From the NCBI GenBank assembly GCA_964539035.1, contig CAZIHK010000010.1, positions 1-45,246 of the forward strand: a stretch of DNA of 45,246 bases, given 5' to 3'. Each line of letters starts with the position of its first letter. Within the stretch, counting starts at the first letter, position 1. The notes under the pieces are model-generated. The model was not told the origin of the DNA and made no database searches. It saw nothing but the letters and a program-made list of their open reading frames with translations. Below are positions 24,538 to 32,610 of this stretch, piece by piece. This DNA is from an uncultured Candidatus Saccharibacteria bacterium. GTDB lineage: Bacteria; Patescibacteriota; Saccharimonadia; Saccharimonadales; CAIOMD01. The position numbers and the translations under genes were made by a program.

Positions 24538-24559
24538 TTATATTAATATAACATATAAT
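24531..24559 (+). promoter_or_regulatory. Putative promoter of TrmB paralog 4
   Basis: TTGACA 24531..24536, 17 nt, TATAAT 24554..24559. The ATG at 24567 follows 7 nt later. Confidence 0.55.
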
Positions 24560-24566
24560 GTGTGAG

Positions 24567-25316
24567 ATGGATTATATAGAAATACTAAAAAAACTCGGCC
24601 TCAATGAATCTCAAGCAAAAGCCTATTTAGCGCTAGTAGGTAACGATAACTTGACCCCGCCAGACTTAGCAGTAGAGATAGGAGAAAAAAGAACAGCTAC
24701 ATATATGATATTGGCTCGATTAGAAGAGCTGGGTTTGGCAAGTAAAGCAGAGGGTAGTAGAGCAAGATATATCGCCGAAAGCCCGACAAAATTAAAAGAA
24801 ATACTTGTAGCAAAACAGTCTGAGCATCAACAGCTCCAGCGTTCCTTGATATCGATCATGCCAGCACTAAATGCAGAATATAACATTGCATATCAAAAAC
24901 CCGGGGTTGTGTACATGGAGGGGATCCAGGGCTTGAAGTATGTTTATAACGAAATAATTGATAATGGAGAGGATATAATGTTATTACCAAGCCAAGACGT
25001 ATTTGATAATAGCGAATTAGTGAAACTTATCGAAGGCAATGTAGAAAAACAAAGAAAAAGGGGTATCAATACAAGAACCATATATCCCAAAACCGATAAA
25101 GCCTATCTGGAGGCAAAAAAGCATACAGACGCCAATGTATCTGTTAGGTACTTCGGTAACTCGTCAATGCAGACGGCACAGATAATCCTATACGCCAATA
25201 CGGTTGCAATCACCACATTCCAGCCTGGGATATTTAATACAGTTATTACAAATCCATTATTAGCGAACACATTTAAGGGCTATTTTGAAGATATGTGGGC
25301 AGCAGGCGAATGCTAA
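24567..25316 (+). CDS. TrmB-family wHTH transcriptional regulator, paralog 4
   Basis: The track ORF starts at 24558, but that ATG overlaps the consensus -10 box. MDYIEILKKLGLNESQAKAYLALVGNDNLTPPDLAVEIGEKRTATYMILARLEELGLAS aligns with the other paralogs starting from the ATG at 24567. Confidence 0.75.
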   Translation: MDYIEILKKLGLNESQAKAYLALVGNDNLTPPDLAVEIGEKRTATYMILARLEELGLASKAEGSRARYIAESPTKLKEILVAKQSEHQQLQRSLISIMPALNAEYNIAYQKPGVVYMEGIQGLKYVYNEIIDNGEDIMLLPSQDVFDNSELVKLIEGNVEKQRKRGINTRTIYPKTDKAYLEAKKHTDANVSVRYFGNSSMQTAQIILYANTVAITTFQPGIFNTVITNPLLANTFKGYFEDMWAAGEC

Positions 25317-25409
25317 AATATTTATTAATAGTAGCAAAAAACAGACACGAGCTAAAAATTTGCCTAGCAATTTTATGATGATACGAATAATGATAGTAGA
25401 ATAGTGCTT

Positions 25410-26081
25410 ATGAATATATTGTCTGTTTACGCTCATCACGAGCCGTCTTCTTTTACTGGAGCGCTTAAAAACACCGCAACAAGCATTTTGTCGAACCAAG
25501 GCCACATTATTGTCGAAAGCGATCTGTATGCAAGTGGTTTTAGCGCTAAAGCCGAAAAATATGACTTTAATGTTTATAGTGGTGGCCATTTTAACTATAT
25601 GTTAGAACAAAGATTTGCAGCGGATCGCGAAATGGCTTTTGCAGCCGATATAACAGCCGAGATAGAGAAGATAAAACAGGCCGAAATCATTATTTTTCAT
25701 ACTCCAATTTGGTGGTTCAGTGTACCGGCAGTTTTAAAAGGCTGGTTTGATAGAACGTTAGCTATGGGTGTGGCTTGGGATGGTGGAAAAATATATGAGA
25801 AAGGTTTACTTAGGGGTAAAACGGCTTTTATTTGTGCTGTTGCTGGTGGCCCAAAAGACTTTTACCGCCCTGACGGTATGCATAAAGCTACAATCGAGCA
25901 AATGTTACACCCAATACACCATGGTACGTTAGCTTTTTGCGGTATGGATGTGTTGGAACCATTTGTGGTATTTAATTTACTTGGTCTAGGTAGCGAAGAC
26001 AGGGCTCGGGTTTTGAAGGAATATCAGTTTAAAATAGAGCACCTAATCGATAGCCCATCTTATATAAGCAAGTACGATTGA
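25410..26081 (+). CDS. NAD(P)H:quinone oxidoreductase, NQO1/Flavodoxin_2 family
   Basis: ILSVYAHHEPSSFTGALKN...IVESDLYASGF...IIFHTPIWWFSVPAVLKGWFDR closely follows the NQO1/DT-diaphorase pattern. The ATG at 25410 is preferred over the GTG at 25404. Confidence 0.8.
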   Translation: MNILSVYAHHEPSSFTGALKNTATSILSNQGHIIVESDLYASGFSAKAEKYDFNVYSGGHFNYMLEQRFAADREMAFAADITAEIEKIKQAEIIIFHTPIWWFSVPAVLKGWFDRTLAMGVAWDGGKIYEKGLLRGKTAFICAVAGGPKDFYRPDGMHKATIEQMLHPIHHGTLAFCGMDVLEPFVVFNLLGLGSEDRARVLKEYQFKIEHLIDSPSYISKYD

Positions 26082-26110
26082 ATAGATAATAGAAGATGGA
26101 CATTGGACTT
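26081..26110 (-). repeat. Heptad-periodic TCYAT repeat tract (minus-strand orientation)
   Basis: The reverse complement reads tccaatg tccatct tctatta tctatt, the same motif as 3694..3736 and 31019..31046. Confidence 0.4.
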
Positions 26111-26176
26111 TGGGGCTCAATCGAGTATCGCCAAAATCAATAAACGTCCAACATCTAACCTAGGTATAATAGCTTT

Positions 26177-26854
26177 ATGAATATGAGGCGGCTAAAACTA
26201 AATAGTTTTGTTTGGTCACTGCTTGCATTGAGTGCTTTTGCACTTATTTTGAGTGTTTTTAGAATTACTTATACTGATACTAACAGATACTGGTTTCTAA
26301 TTTGGAACTTGGTTTTGGCTTGGCTTCCACTTATATTTGCTTGGTTGTTATACAAAAGAACACCCAAAGGCCTGATTTGGTCATGGCAAAATTTTGGATA
26401 TTTTATTTTATGGTTAGTATTTTTACCAAATGCTTTTTATTTGGTTAGTGATTTTATTCATATCCATATAACTGGTGAAATTAACTTAATGTACGATGTG
26501 ATTTTATTTAGCACCTATGCTTGGTGTGGTTTTATTTTGGGTTATTATTCGCTTTATTTGGTCCACAAAAAGGCATTGCAAAGATTTGGCCAAAAAGCTC
26601 ATTGGTTAATTATTGGTAGCTTGCTTTTAAGCGGCTTTGCGATTTATCTAGGGCGATATTTAAGATGGAACAGCTGGGATATAATATTTAACCCAATTGG
26701 CTTGATATTTGACGTAACTGATCGATTGATAAACCCTACGGAACATATTCTGACTTTTGGAGCTACACTTTTGTTTTTTGGCTTTTTGTCGATGATATAT
26801 TTTGTAGTCTGGAATGCAATAAAGGTTATCCAAAACCCTAAACAATCGAAATGA
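26177..26854 (+). CDS. Integral membrane protein, DUF1361-like
   Basis: About 6 hydrophobic segments. WNLVLAWLPLIFAWLL and NAFYLVSDFIH are typical of DUF1361. Confidence 0.5.
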   Translation: MNMRRLKLNSFVWSLLALSAFALILSVFRITYTDTNRYWFLIWNLVLAWLPLIFAWLLYKRTPKGLIWSWQNFGYFILWLVFLPNAFYLVSDFIHIHITGEINLMYDVILFSTYAWCGFILGYYSLYLVHKKALQRFGQKAHWLIIGSLLLSGFAIYLGRYLRWNSWDIIFNPIGLIFDVTDRLINPTEHILTFGATLLFFGFLSMIYFVVWNAIKVIQNPKQSK

Positions 26855-26867
26855 TACAATAACAGAT

Positions 26868-28547
26868 ATGTATGACGTAAAAACCAGCCTAGAATCAGCC
26901 ATCCAAGAGCTGTTTGCGGTAAACATTGATGCCGAGCTTAACCGACCTGACCTGCAATTTGGTGATTGGTCAACAAACGTGGCGATGCAGTTAGCCAAAA
27001 TAATAGGTAAAAACCCGCATGAGATTGCCCAGACAATTGCAGAATATATGAATCAAAAATCTTTTAGTTGGTTAGACAGAGTTGAGGTTGCCGGCCCTGG
27101 ATTTATAAATATTATTTTAAAAGATGATTTATTTATAAATATGGTTAACCAAATTAACTTGCAAAAAGAACTTTACGGCCAGCTAGATATTTTTAAAGGC
27201 CAAACAATTATTGTTGAGTATTTGGATCCAAATCCGTTTAAAGAAATTCACATTGGGCATGCTTATACAGGCACAGTTGGTGATGCAGTTGCGTCTTTGT
27301 TTGAAACTGCTGGTGGGCAAGTACACCGCGTGACTTACCAGGGCGATGTAGGTCTGCATGTTGCCAAAGCTATCTACGGTATTTTACGACGCATAAATAA
27401 TGACGTGGCAGGGATAGATGACATCGCTGTGGCAGATCGCCCGATATTTTTGGGCAAGACCTACGCCGAGGGTGCCAACGCCTACGAAAATGACGAGCAA
27501 GCCAAAAGCGAAATTATAATATTAAATAAAAAAATATACGACCAAAGTGACCCACTTGTTAATAAAATCCACGAAATTGGTAAAAGCTTGAGCATGGATT
27601 ATTTTGATGATGTATATGCGAAGTTCGAATTCACGCCGTTCGAAAAAAACTACATGGAACGCATGGTAGCCGAGGAGGGTCTAAAAATTGTTAAAGAAAA
27701 CATAAGTGACGGTATTTTTAAAGAAAGCGACGGGGCAGTAATTTTTGAAGGCGAACAATATGGCCTGCATACCCGCGTTTTTATTAATTCTCAAGGGCTT
27801 CCAACTTACGAATCTAAAGACTTAGGCAATGCCATGCTCAAATGGAAAGATTACGCTTACGATAAATCAATAATAATAACCGGCCAAGAACAAGCCGAAT
27901 ATTTTAAGGTAATGCTAAAGGCTTTAGAGCAGTTTGCCAAAGTGCAATCCGAAAGGACAACGCATATCCCGCATGGTATGGTAAAACTAAATACCGGTAA
28001 AATGAGTAGTAGAAGTGGGCAAGTGGTCAGGGCTTTAGATTTGCTAGAAACGGCCGAAGAAGCAGCCAGGAGCCTTGCCAAAAGTGATAATGAACCAGTG
28101 AGGGACATCACCTTGGCTGCTATTAAGTACGCTTTTTTAAAAAATCGTATTGGCGGCGATATAGTTTACGATGTCGATGAATCATTAAGCCTAGAAGGCA
28201 ATAGCGGACCCTATTTGCAATATGCACATGTTCGAGCCCATAGCATTATAGAAAAGGCCAATACTAAAATCACCGAAATTAAAGATTTGGACGCACAAGA
28301 GCGAATTTTGGCTGATAAGCTAGATGAATTCCCAGAAATAATCCTATCGGCGACAACACAACTGTACCCACATATTGTTTGTACCTATTTGTTTGAACTT
28401 GCCCAATCTTTTAATCGATTTTACGAGCATAATCGTATAATTGGTGACGCAAGGCAAGCCCAGAGGCTGGCGTTAGTGAATGCCTACAAAACTGTTCTAA
28501 AAAACGGCTTAAGCATTTTAAAGATACCTGTCCCAAATCATATGTAG
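26868..28547 (+). CDS. argS: Arginine--tRNA ligase
   Basis: Class I HIGH motif (EIHIGHAYTG), GKMSSRSG (KMSKS-like), an anticodon-binding C-terminal domain ending in ...NHM, and a length of 559 aa. Confidence 0.85.
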   Translation: MYDVKTSLESAIQELFAVNIDAELNRPDLQFGDWSTNVAMQLAKIIGKNPHEIAQTIAEYMNQKSFSWLDRVEVAGPGFINIILKDDLFINMVNQINLQKELYGQLDIFKGQTIIVEYLDPNPFKEIHIGHAYTGTVGDAVASLFETAGGQVHRVTYQGDVGLHVAKAIYGILRRINNDVAGIDDIAVADRPIFLGKTYAEGANAYENDEQAKSEIIILNKKIYDQSDPLVNKIHEIGKSLSMDYFDDVYAKFEFTPFEKNYMERMVAEEGLKIVKENISDGIFKESDGAVIFEGEQYGLHTRVFINSQGLPTYESKDLGNAMLKWKDYAYDKSIIITGQEQAEYFKVMLKALEQFAKVQSERTTHIPHGMVKLNTGKMSSRSGQVVRALDLLETAEEAARSLAKSDNEPVRDITLAAIKYAFLKNRIGGDIVYDVDESLSLEGNSGPYLQYAHVRAHSIIEKANTKITEIKDLDAQERILADKLDEFPEIILSATTQLYPHIVCTYLFELAQSFNRFYEHNRIIGDARQAQRLALVNAYKTVLKNGLSILKIPVPNHM

Positions 28548-28590
28548 AACAAAATAAGCATAAGCGGTACAATAAACAGTAATAAAACCT

Positions 28591-30093
28591 ATGGAACATA
28601 CCAAAACAGCACTAATTTTGTATCCAAACCAACTTTTTGCCCCAGAGCTATTGCCAAAAGTAGATGTGATTTTTGTAGTAGAAGAACCATATTACTTTGG
28701 TGCGGACAACCAACAACCAGCCGATTTGCATAAGCAAAAATTAATTTTACATCGATCTTGCATGCGGCGTTATGTCGAAGAAACCCTATGGCAAAAAGAT
28801 TTAAATGTCGAATATATCGAACTGAAAGATATTGAATATACGGCTGATGTTTTAGTCAGGGCCCAAAAAGTTGGTGCCGAACTAGTAATGATATTTGACC
28901 CAACAGATCATTTGATTGAAAGCAGGCTCAAAAAAGCGCTAGACAACACTGTAGAAACACCTTTTGAGCTAAAAATATTGCCCAATCCTAGCTTTATGCT
29001 TAAGCGCAGCGAGGTAAGGGACTATTTTGCATCTAAAACTAAGCACAAATTTAGTGACTTTTACCAATGGCAACGTGAGAGATTTAATATCCTCATCGAT
29101 AGTGATTACAGACCCATCGGCGGTAAATGGATGTTTGACATGACCAAACCAATGAGTTTGCCAGCTGGCCAAGTAGCACCGGGTTTTAGGGGTTTTGGCG
29201 ATAATGATTATGTTAACGAAGCTAAAAAATGGGTAAATGATAATTTTACAGGGAATCCTGGCACGAGCGACAACTTCTTTTGGCCGACTAGTCACGAAGA
29301 GGCTAAAGAATGGCTAGATGATTTTATCCATCATCGGCTTGAGTCTTTTAGTAGTTACAGCCAAGCTATTGATGGGCAGGCTTTGTTTTTATATCACAGC
29401 GGCATCTCTGCTGCCCTAAATTGCGGGTTACTAACTCCAAAGCAGGTAGTTGGTGCAGTTCTTGCATATCACTCCAAACATCCCTTTACTATGGCCAACC
29501 TAGAAAGTTTTATAAGACAAATAATAGGCTGGCGAGAATATATTCGCGGGATTTATGTTACCCAAAATTATACCCAAAAAGCTTTTAGCCCATCGTCTAC
29601 AAAAGCCTTGCACCCTAAATGGTGGGATGGCACCACAGATATACCCCCGTTGGATGACATAGTAAAAACAGTCTTAAATCATGCCTACGCTGATAGCACA
29701 GAACGCCTTAATATAGTGGCAAATCTAATGATATTGTGCGAAATCCACCCCGGGGAGGCGTATAGATGGTTTTATACATTATTTATTGATGCTTACGATT
29801 GGGTGGTGGCACCTAATGTATATAATGCTATGCAACTATCCGAAATGGGGGGCATTTGGCCCAAACTAAATATAGGCGCTAGCGATTATATCCTATCGAT
29901 GAGTCATTATAAAAGAGATGTCTGGTGTGACACCTGGGACGGTTTGTATTGGGAATTTCTAGATAGACACAAAGCAGTTCTTGCAAAAAATCCACATGCT
30001 AAAATCTCGTTAAAACAGCTAGAATCAGTTAGTCCAGAACATCGACGTATTGCCAATTATAGAGCGCAAGATTTTGTTACTTCGATTAGCTAA
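28591..30093 (+). CDS. Cryptochrome/photolyase-family protein (COG3046, FeS-BCP/PhrB-like)
   Basis: N-terminal ALILYPNQLF and C-terminal FIDAYDWVVAPNVYNM...YILSMSHY...LYWEFLDRH are characteristic of photolyase-related proteins. Confidence 0.75.
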   Translation: MEHTKTALILYPNQLFAPELLPKVDVIFVVEEPYYFGADNQQPADLHKQKLILHRSCMRRYVEETLWQKDLNVEYIELKDIEYTADVLVRAQKVGAELVMIFDPTDHLIESRLKKALDNTVETPFELKILPNPSFMLKRSEVRDYFASKTKHKFSDFYQWQRERFNILIDSDYRPIGGKWMFDMTKPMSLPAGQVAPGFRGFGDNDYVNEAKKWVNDNFTGNPGTSDNFFWPTSHEEAKEWLDDFIHHRLESFSSYSQAIDGQALFLYHSGISAALNCGLLTPKQVVGAVLAYHSKHPFTMANLESFIRQIIGWREYIRGIYVTQNYTQKAFSPSSTKALHPKWWDGTTDIPPLDDIVKTVLNHAYADSTERLNIVANLMILCEIHPGEAYRWFYTLFIDAYDWVVAPNVYNAMQLSEMGGIWPKLNIGASDYILSMSHYKRDVWCDTWDGLYWEFLDRHKAVLAKNPHAKISLKQLESVSPEHRRIANYRAQDFVTSIS

Positions 30094-30155
30094 AAAGACA
30101 ACATTATTTAATCTCATATTCATATTTTTACGTTATAAGAGCGTAAAATGTACTT

Positions 30156-30578
30156 ATGAGGCTTAGTGAAAAAGATTGGAAGCAGCAGCTTAGCCCAGAG
30201 CAATATGAAGTGCTTAGGCAAAAACTAACAGAGGCGCCATTTAGTGGCGCTTTTTTGTATAACGAGGCTATGGGCACTTATGTTTGTGCGGCTTGTGGCC
30301 AACGGTTATTTTCTAGTGAACAAAAATTTGATGCAAATAGCGGATGGCCAAGTTTTTACGATGTTATAAACAAGGGTGCTGTAAATTTGAAAGAAGATTT
30401 ATCGCATGGCTTACGCAGGGTAGAAGTATTATGCAAAAACTGCGGTAGTCACTTAGGGCACGTATTTAATGATGCTCACGGACAGCCCACAAAAATGCGT
30501 TTTTGCATAAACTCGCGTAGCTTAGATTTTAGACCGATAAATAATAGTAAAACTAAATTTAAGGAGGGCAAATCATGA
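30156..30578 (+). CDS. msrB: Peptide-methionine (R)-S-oxide reductase
   Basis: CAACGQRLF...GWPSF...CKNCGSHLGHVFNDG...RFCINS: two CxxC zinc motifs plus the catalytic Cys. Confidence 0.9.
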   Translation: MRLSEKDWKQQLSPEQYEVLRQKLTEAPFSGAFLYNEAMGTYVCAACGQRLFSSEQKFDANSGWPSFYDVINKGAVNLKEDLSHGLRRVEVLCKNCGSHLGHVFNDAHGQPTKMRFCINSRSLDFRPINNSKTKFKEGKS

Positions 30579-30952
30579 AGTTTGTGACAGATAAAAAGGC
30601 TCTCGTCATTGAACTGCACGGACGTGAACAGGTATGGGCGCTAAAGGCCAAAATTAGTGTATATAAAAAAGATATTATTAATGTGGAATATAAAGATGTA
30701 TTTAATGATTGGCGTAAATGGGAGGTAAGATTGCCTGGCACTGGAATGCCAGGTAAGTTAGTGGCAGGGTCTTTTTGGACAGAAGACGGCTGGGACTTTT
30801 TATACCTCACAAATCCGCATGGTTGGCTTAACCCTTTTGTACATAATGTGTTATTCATTGAAACTAAATTACAGAAGTTTCACCGCATAGTTATTAGTTG
30901 CAACGAGGACGAAGCCAAAAAGGTCGTTAGATGGGCTAAAAATAGACGTTAG
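30575..30952 (+). CDS. Hypothetical protein (125 aa)
   Basis: ATGA overlap with the msrB stop, and GGAGGG SD. No family recognised. Confidence 0.55.
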   Translation: MKFVTDKKALVIELHGREQVWALKAKISVYKKDIINVEYKDVFNDWRKWEVRLPGTGMPGKLVAGSFWTEDGWDFLYLTNPHGWLNPFVHNVLFIETKLQKFHRIVISCNEDEAKKVVRWAKNRR

Positions 30953-31018
30953 TAGTTTGGCAATCGATTCTAGAGAATAGTCGTTAATAAGTTATTCAAG
31001 TCCATTTTTGTTTAAATT

Positions 31019-31046
31019 CCATTGTCCATTGTCTATTGTCTATCTG
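31019..31046 (+). repeat. Tandem heptamer repeat (ccattgt x2, ctattgt, ctatctg)
   Basis: Four consecutive 7-nt units directly upstream of the orn -10 box. Confidence 0.55.
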
Positions 31047-31053
31047 ATATAAT
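31045..31053 (+). promoter_or_regulatory. Extended -10 promoter element for orn
   Basis: TGaTATAAT, 11 nt before the ATG at 31065. Confidence 0.4.
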
Positions 31054-31064
31054 CTTAACTTGTA

Positions 31065-31604
31065 ATGAATGACTTAAAACACAACTCGTCCTCTAGGTTG
31101 CTCTGGGTTGATTTAGAAATGACTGGCCTTGACGTAAAAAAAGACCGGATTATTGAAGTCGCAGCTATTGTGACTGATTTTGAATTTAAGGAAATTGCAA
31201 CATATGAGTCTGTTATTTATCAAAACCCTAAAGTAATTGCCAGTATGAATGATTGGTCTAAAGAGCATCATAAAGCCAGCGGGTTAACTGCAAAAATTAA
31301 TGATGCCCCTAAAGAAGAACGGGCAAAAAAAGAGATTATCTCATTTATAAAACACAATTTTAAAGAGCCAGCCGTTTTGGCCGGTAATAGTGTGCATAAC
31401 GATATGCGTTTTATTAAAGAGTGGTGGCCGATAGTCGAGCCTCTTCTGCATTATCGAATGCTAGACGTTAGCGCTTTTAAAATAGTAATGCAAAACAAGT
31501 ACCATATTATTTATAACAAAAAAGAGACTCACCGTGCACTAGAAGATATTCGCGAATCAATTACTGAGCTTAAATTTTATTTATCTTATTTTAAGAAAAA
31601 GTAG
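31065..31604 (+). CDS. orn: Oligoribonuclease
   Basis: LLWVDLEMTGLD...IIEVAAIVTD...GNSVHNDMRFI...HRALEDIRESI DEDDh motifs in the Orn arrangement; 179 aa. Confidence 0.85.
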   Translation: MNDLKHNSSSRLLWVDLEMTGLDVKKDRIIEVAAIVTDFEFKEIATYESVIYQNPKVIASMNDWSKEHHKASGLTAKINDAPKEERAKKEIISFIKHNFKEPAVLAGNSVHNDMRFIKEWWPIVEPLLHYRMLDVSAFKIVMQNKYHIIYNKKETHRALEDIRESITELKFYLSYFKKK

Positions 31605-31925
31605 ATGCACCACAAACAAGTTGAAGATTACATATTAAGTATGCCGAAAGCTAGATTAGATTATCCATTTGGCAAAGCCGTTGCAGTTTATAGAGCGGAC
31701 AACAAGATGTTCGCTCTTATAGCCGAAGACACTGATCCTTTAAGGCTAAGCCTAAAATGTGATCCGCAACTAGCAGAAATATTAAGAGAAAAATACGAAA
31801 CTATACTACCTGGTTACCATTTAAATAAAAAACACTGGAATACCATTATTCTTACCGGCCAGCTACCTTGGGAAGAAATCCAAGGTTTTATCCGACACAG
31901 TTATGAGCTAGTGAAGCTAGACTAA
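31605..31925 (+). CDS. MmcQ/YjbR family DNA-binding protein
   Basis: YPFG..VAVYR...KMFAL...LSLKCDP..A..LRE.Y..I.PGYHLNKKHWNTI. Confidence 0.75.
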   Translation: MHHKQVEDYILSMPKARLDYPFGKAVAVYRADNKMFALIAEDTDPLRLSLKCDPQLAEILREKYETILPGYHLNKKHWNTIILTGQLPWEEIQGFIRHSYELVKLD

Positions 31926-32521
31926 TTGTCTGTAGTGGAGTTAGGATCTATGGAATTTAGTTGAGAAGAATATTTCCGCATCATATCTTTTAGCTTTTGG
32001 ATGCTAGTAGATGCGTAGGTTTGATTGAGTAGAGAACTGTAGCTGTTAAATCGGTCAGTATATAACGCCTTATATACTTCATTATAATTGCCGTTACTAC
32101 GTGCTGTTTCTAACTTTGCTTTGTAGCTGCTGTTAACGTATGCGGCAATTTGTTTGCCGTAACCTTTAATTTTTAGACTGGCAATATAAGCGTTTGTATC
32201 TTTATTCTGGCCAGTTATTATTATGCTAGCTGTTGTTGATTGGCTTATTACGTATCTGTCGCGTACATTGTTTACGCCTAAAGATGTTAAACCAATCATG
32301 TCTTGTTGCGCTGCAGCAACTTTAAAAGCCAATACTTGGTCTTTTTTACCGGCATTACCTATGATACTAATTAAAATCCATGCAATTATTATTAGTATTA
32401 ATGCCCCAGCGCCAACAATAATTAAGCGTTGTTTTTTACCACTAGCATCAAACGTAAAACCCTGTTTTGCAGGAGGTTCGGCTAGCATAAAATCGTATGG
32501 GTTTTGTTGTTCTGGTTGCAT
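31922..32521 (-). CDS. Hypothetical single-pass membrane protein (199 aa)
   Basis: TM helix LIIVGAGALILIIIAWILISII after a short N-terminal tail. No family recognised. Confidence 0.55.
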   Translation of the reverse strand: MQPEQQNPYDFMLAEPPAKQGFTFDASGKKQRLIIVGAGALILIIIAWILISIIGNAGKKDQVLAFKVAAAQQDMIGLTSLGVNNVRDRYVISQSTTASIIITGQNKDTNAYIASLKIKGYGKQIAAYVNSSYKAKLETARSNGNYNEVYKALYTDRFNSYSSLLNQTYASTSIQKLKDMMRKYSSQLNSIDPNSTTDN

Positions 32522-32610
32522 AATTTACTGGCTTTAAGCATAACTGATAATGCTATAAGTCTCAACGCTTGTGCATGAAATGATCTTATCAGTGTACAAT
32601 TACCATAACA

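Noticed and set aside
6251-25316. Prophage or integrative conjugative element interpretation of the island
   Set aside because: I could recognise no integrase, terminase, capsid, tail, relaxase or T4SS-like genes. The genes are short orphans organised around regulators.
25260-25589. 109-aa minus-strand ORF spanning the end of TrmB paralog 4 and the start of the NQO1-like gene
   Set aside because: It is antisense to two well-supported genes and has a low-complexity I/L/K/F-rich translation typical of AT-rich shadow frames. It has no SD.
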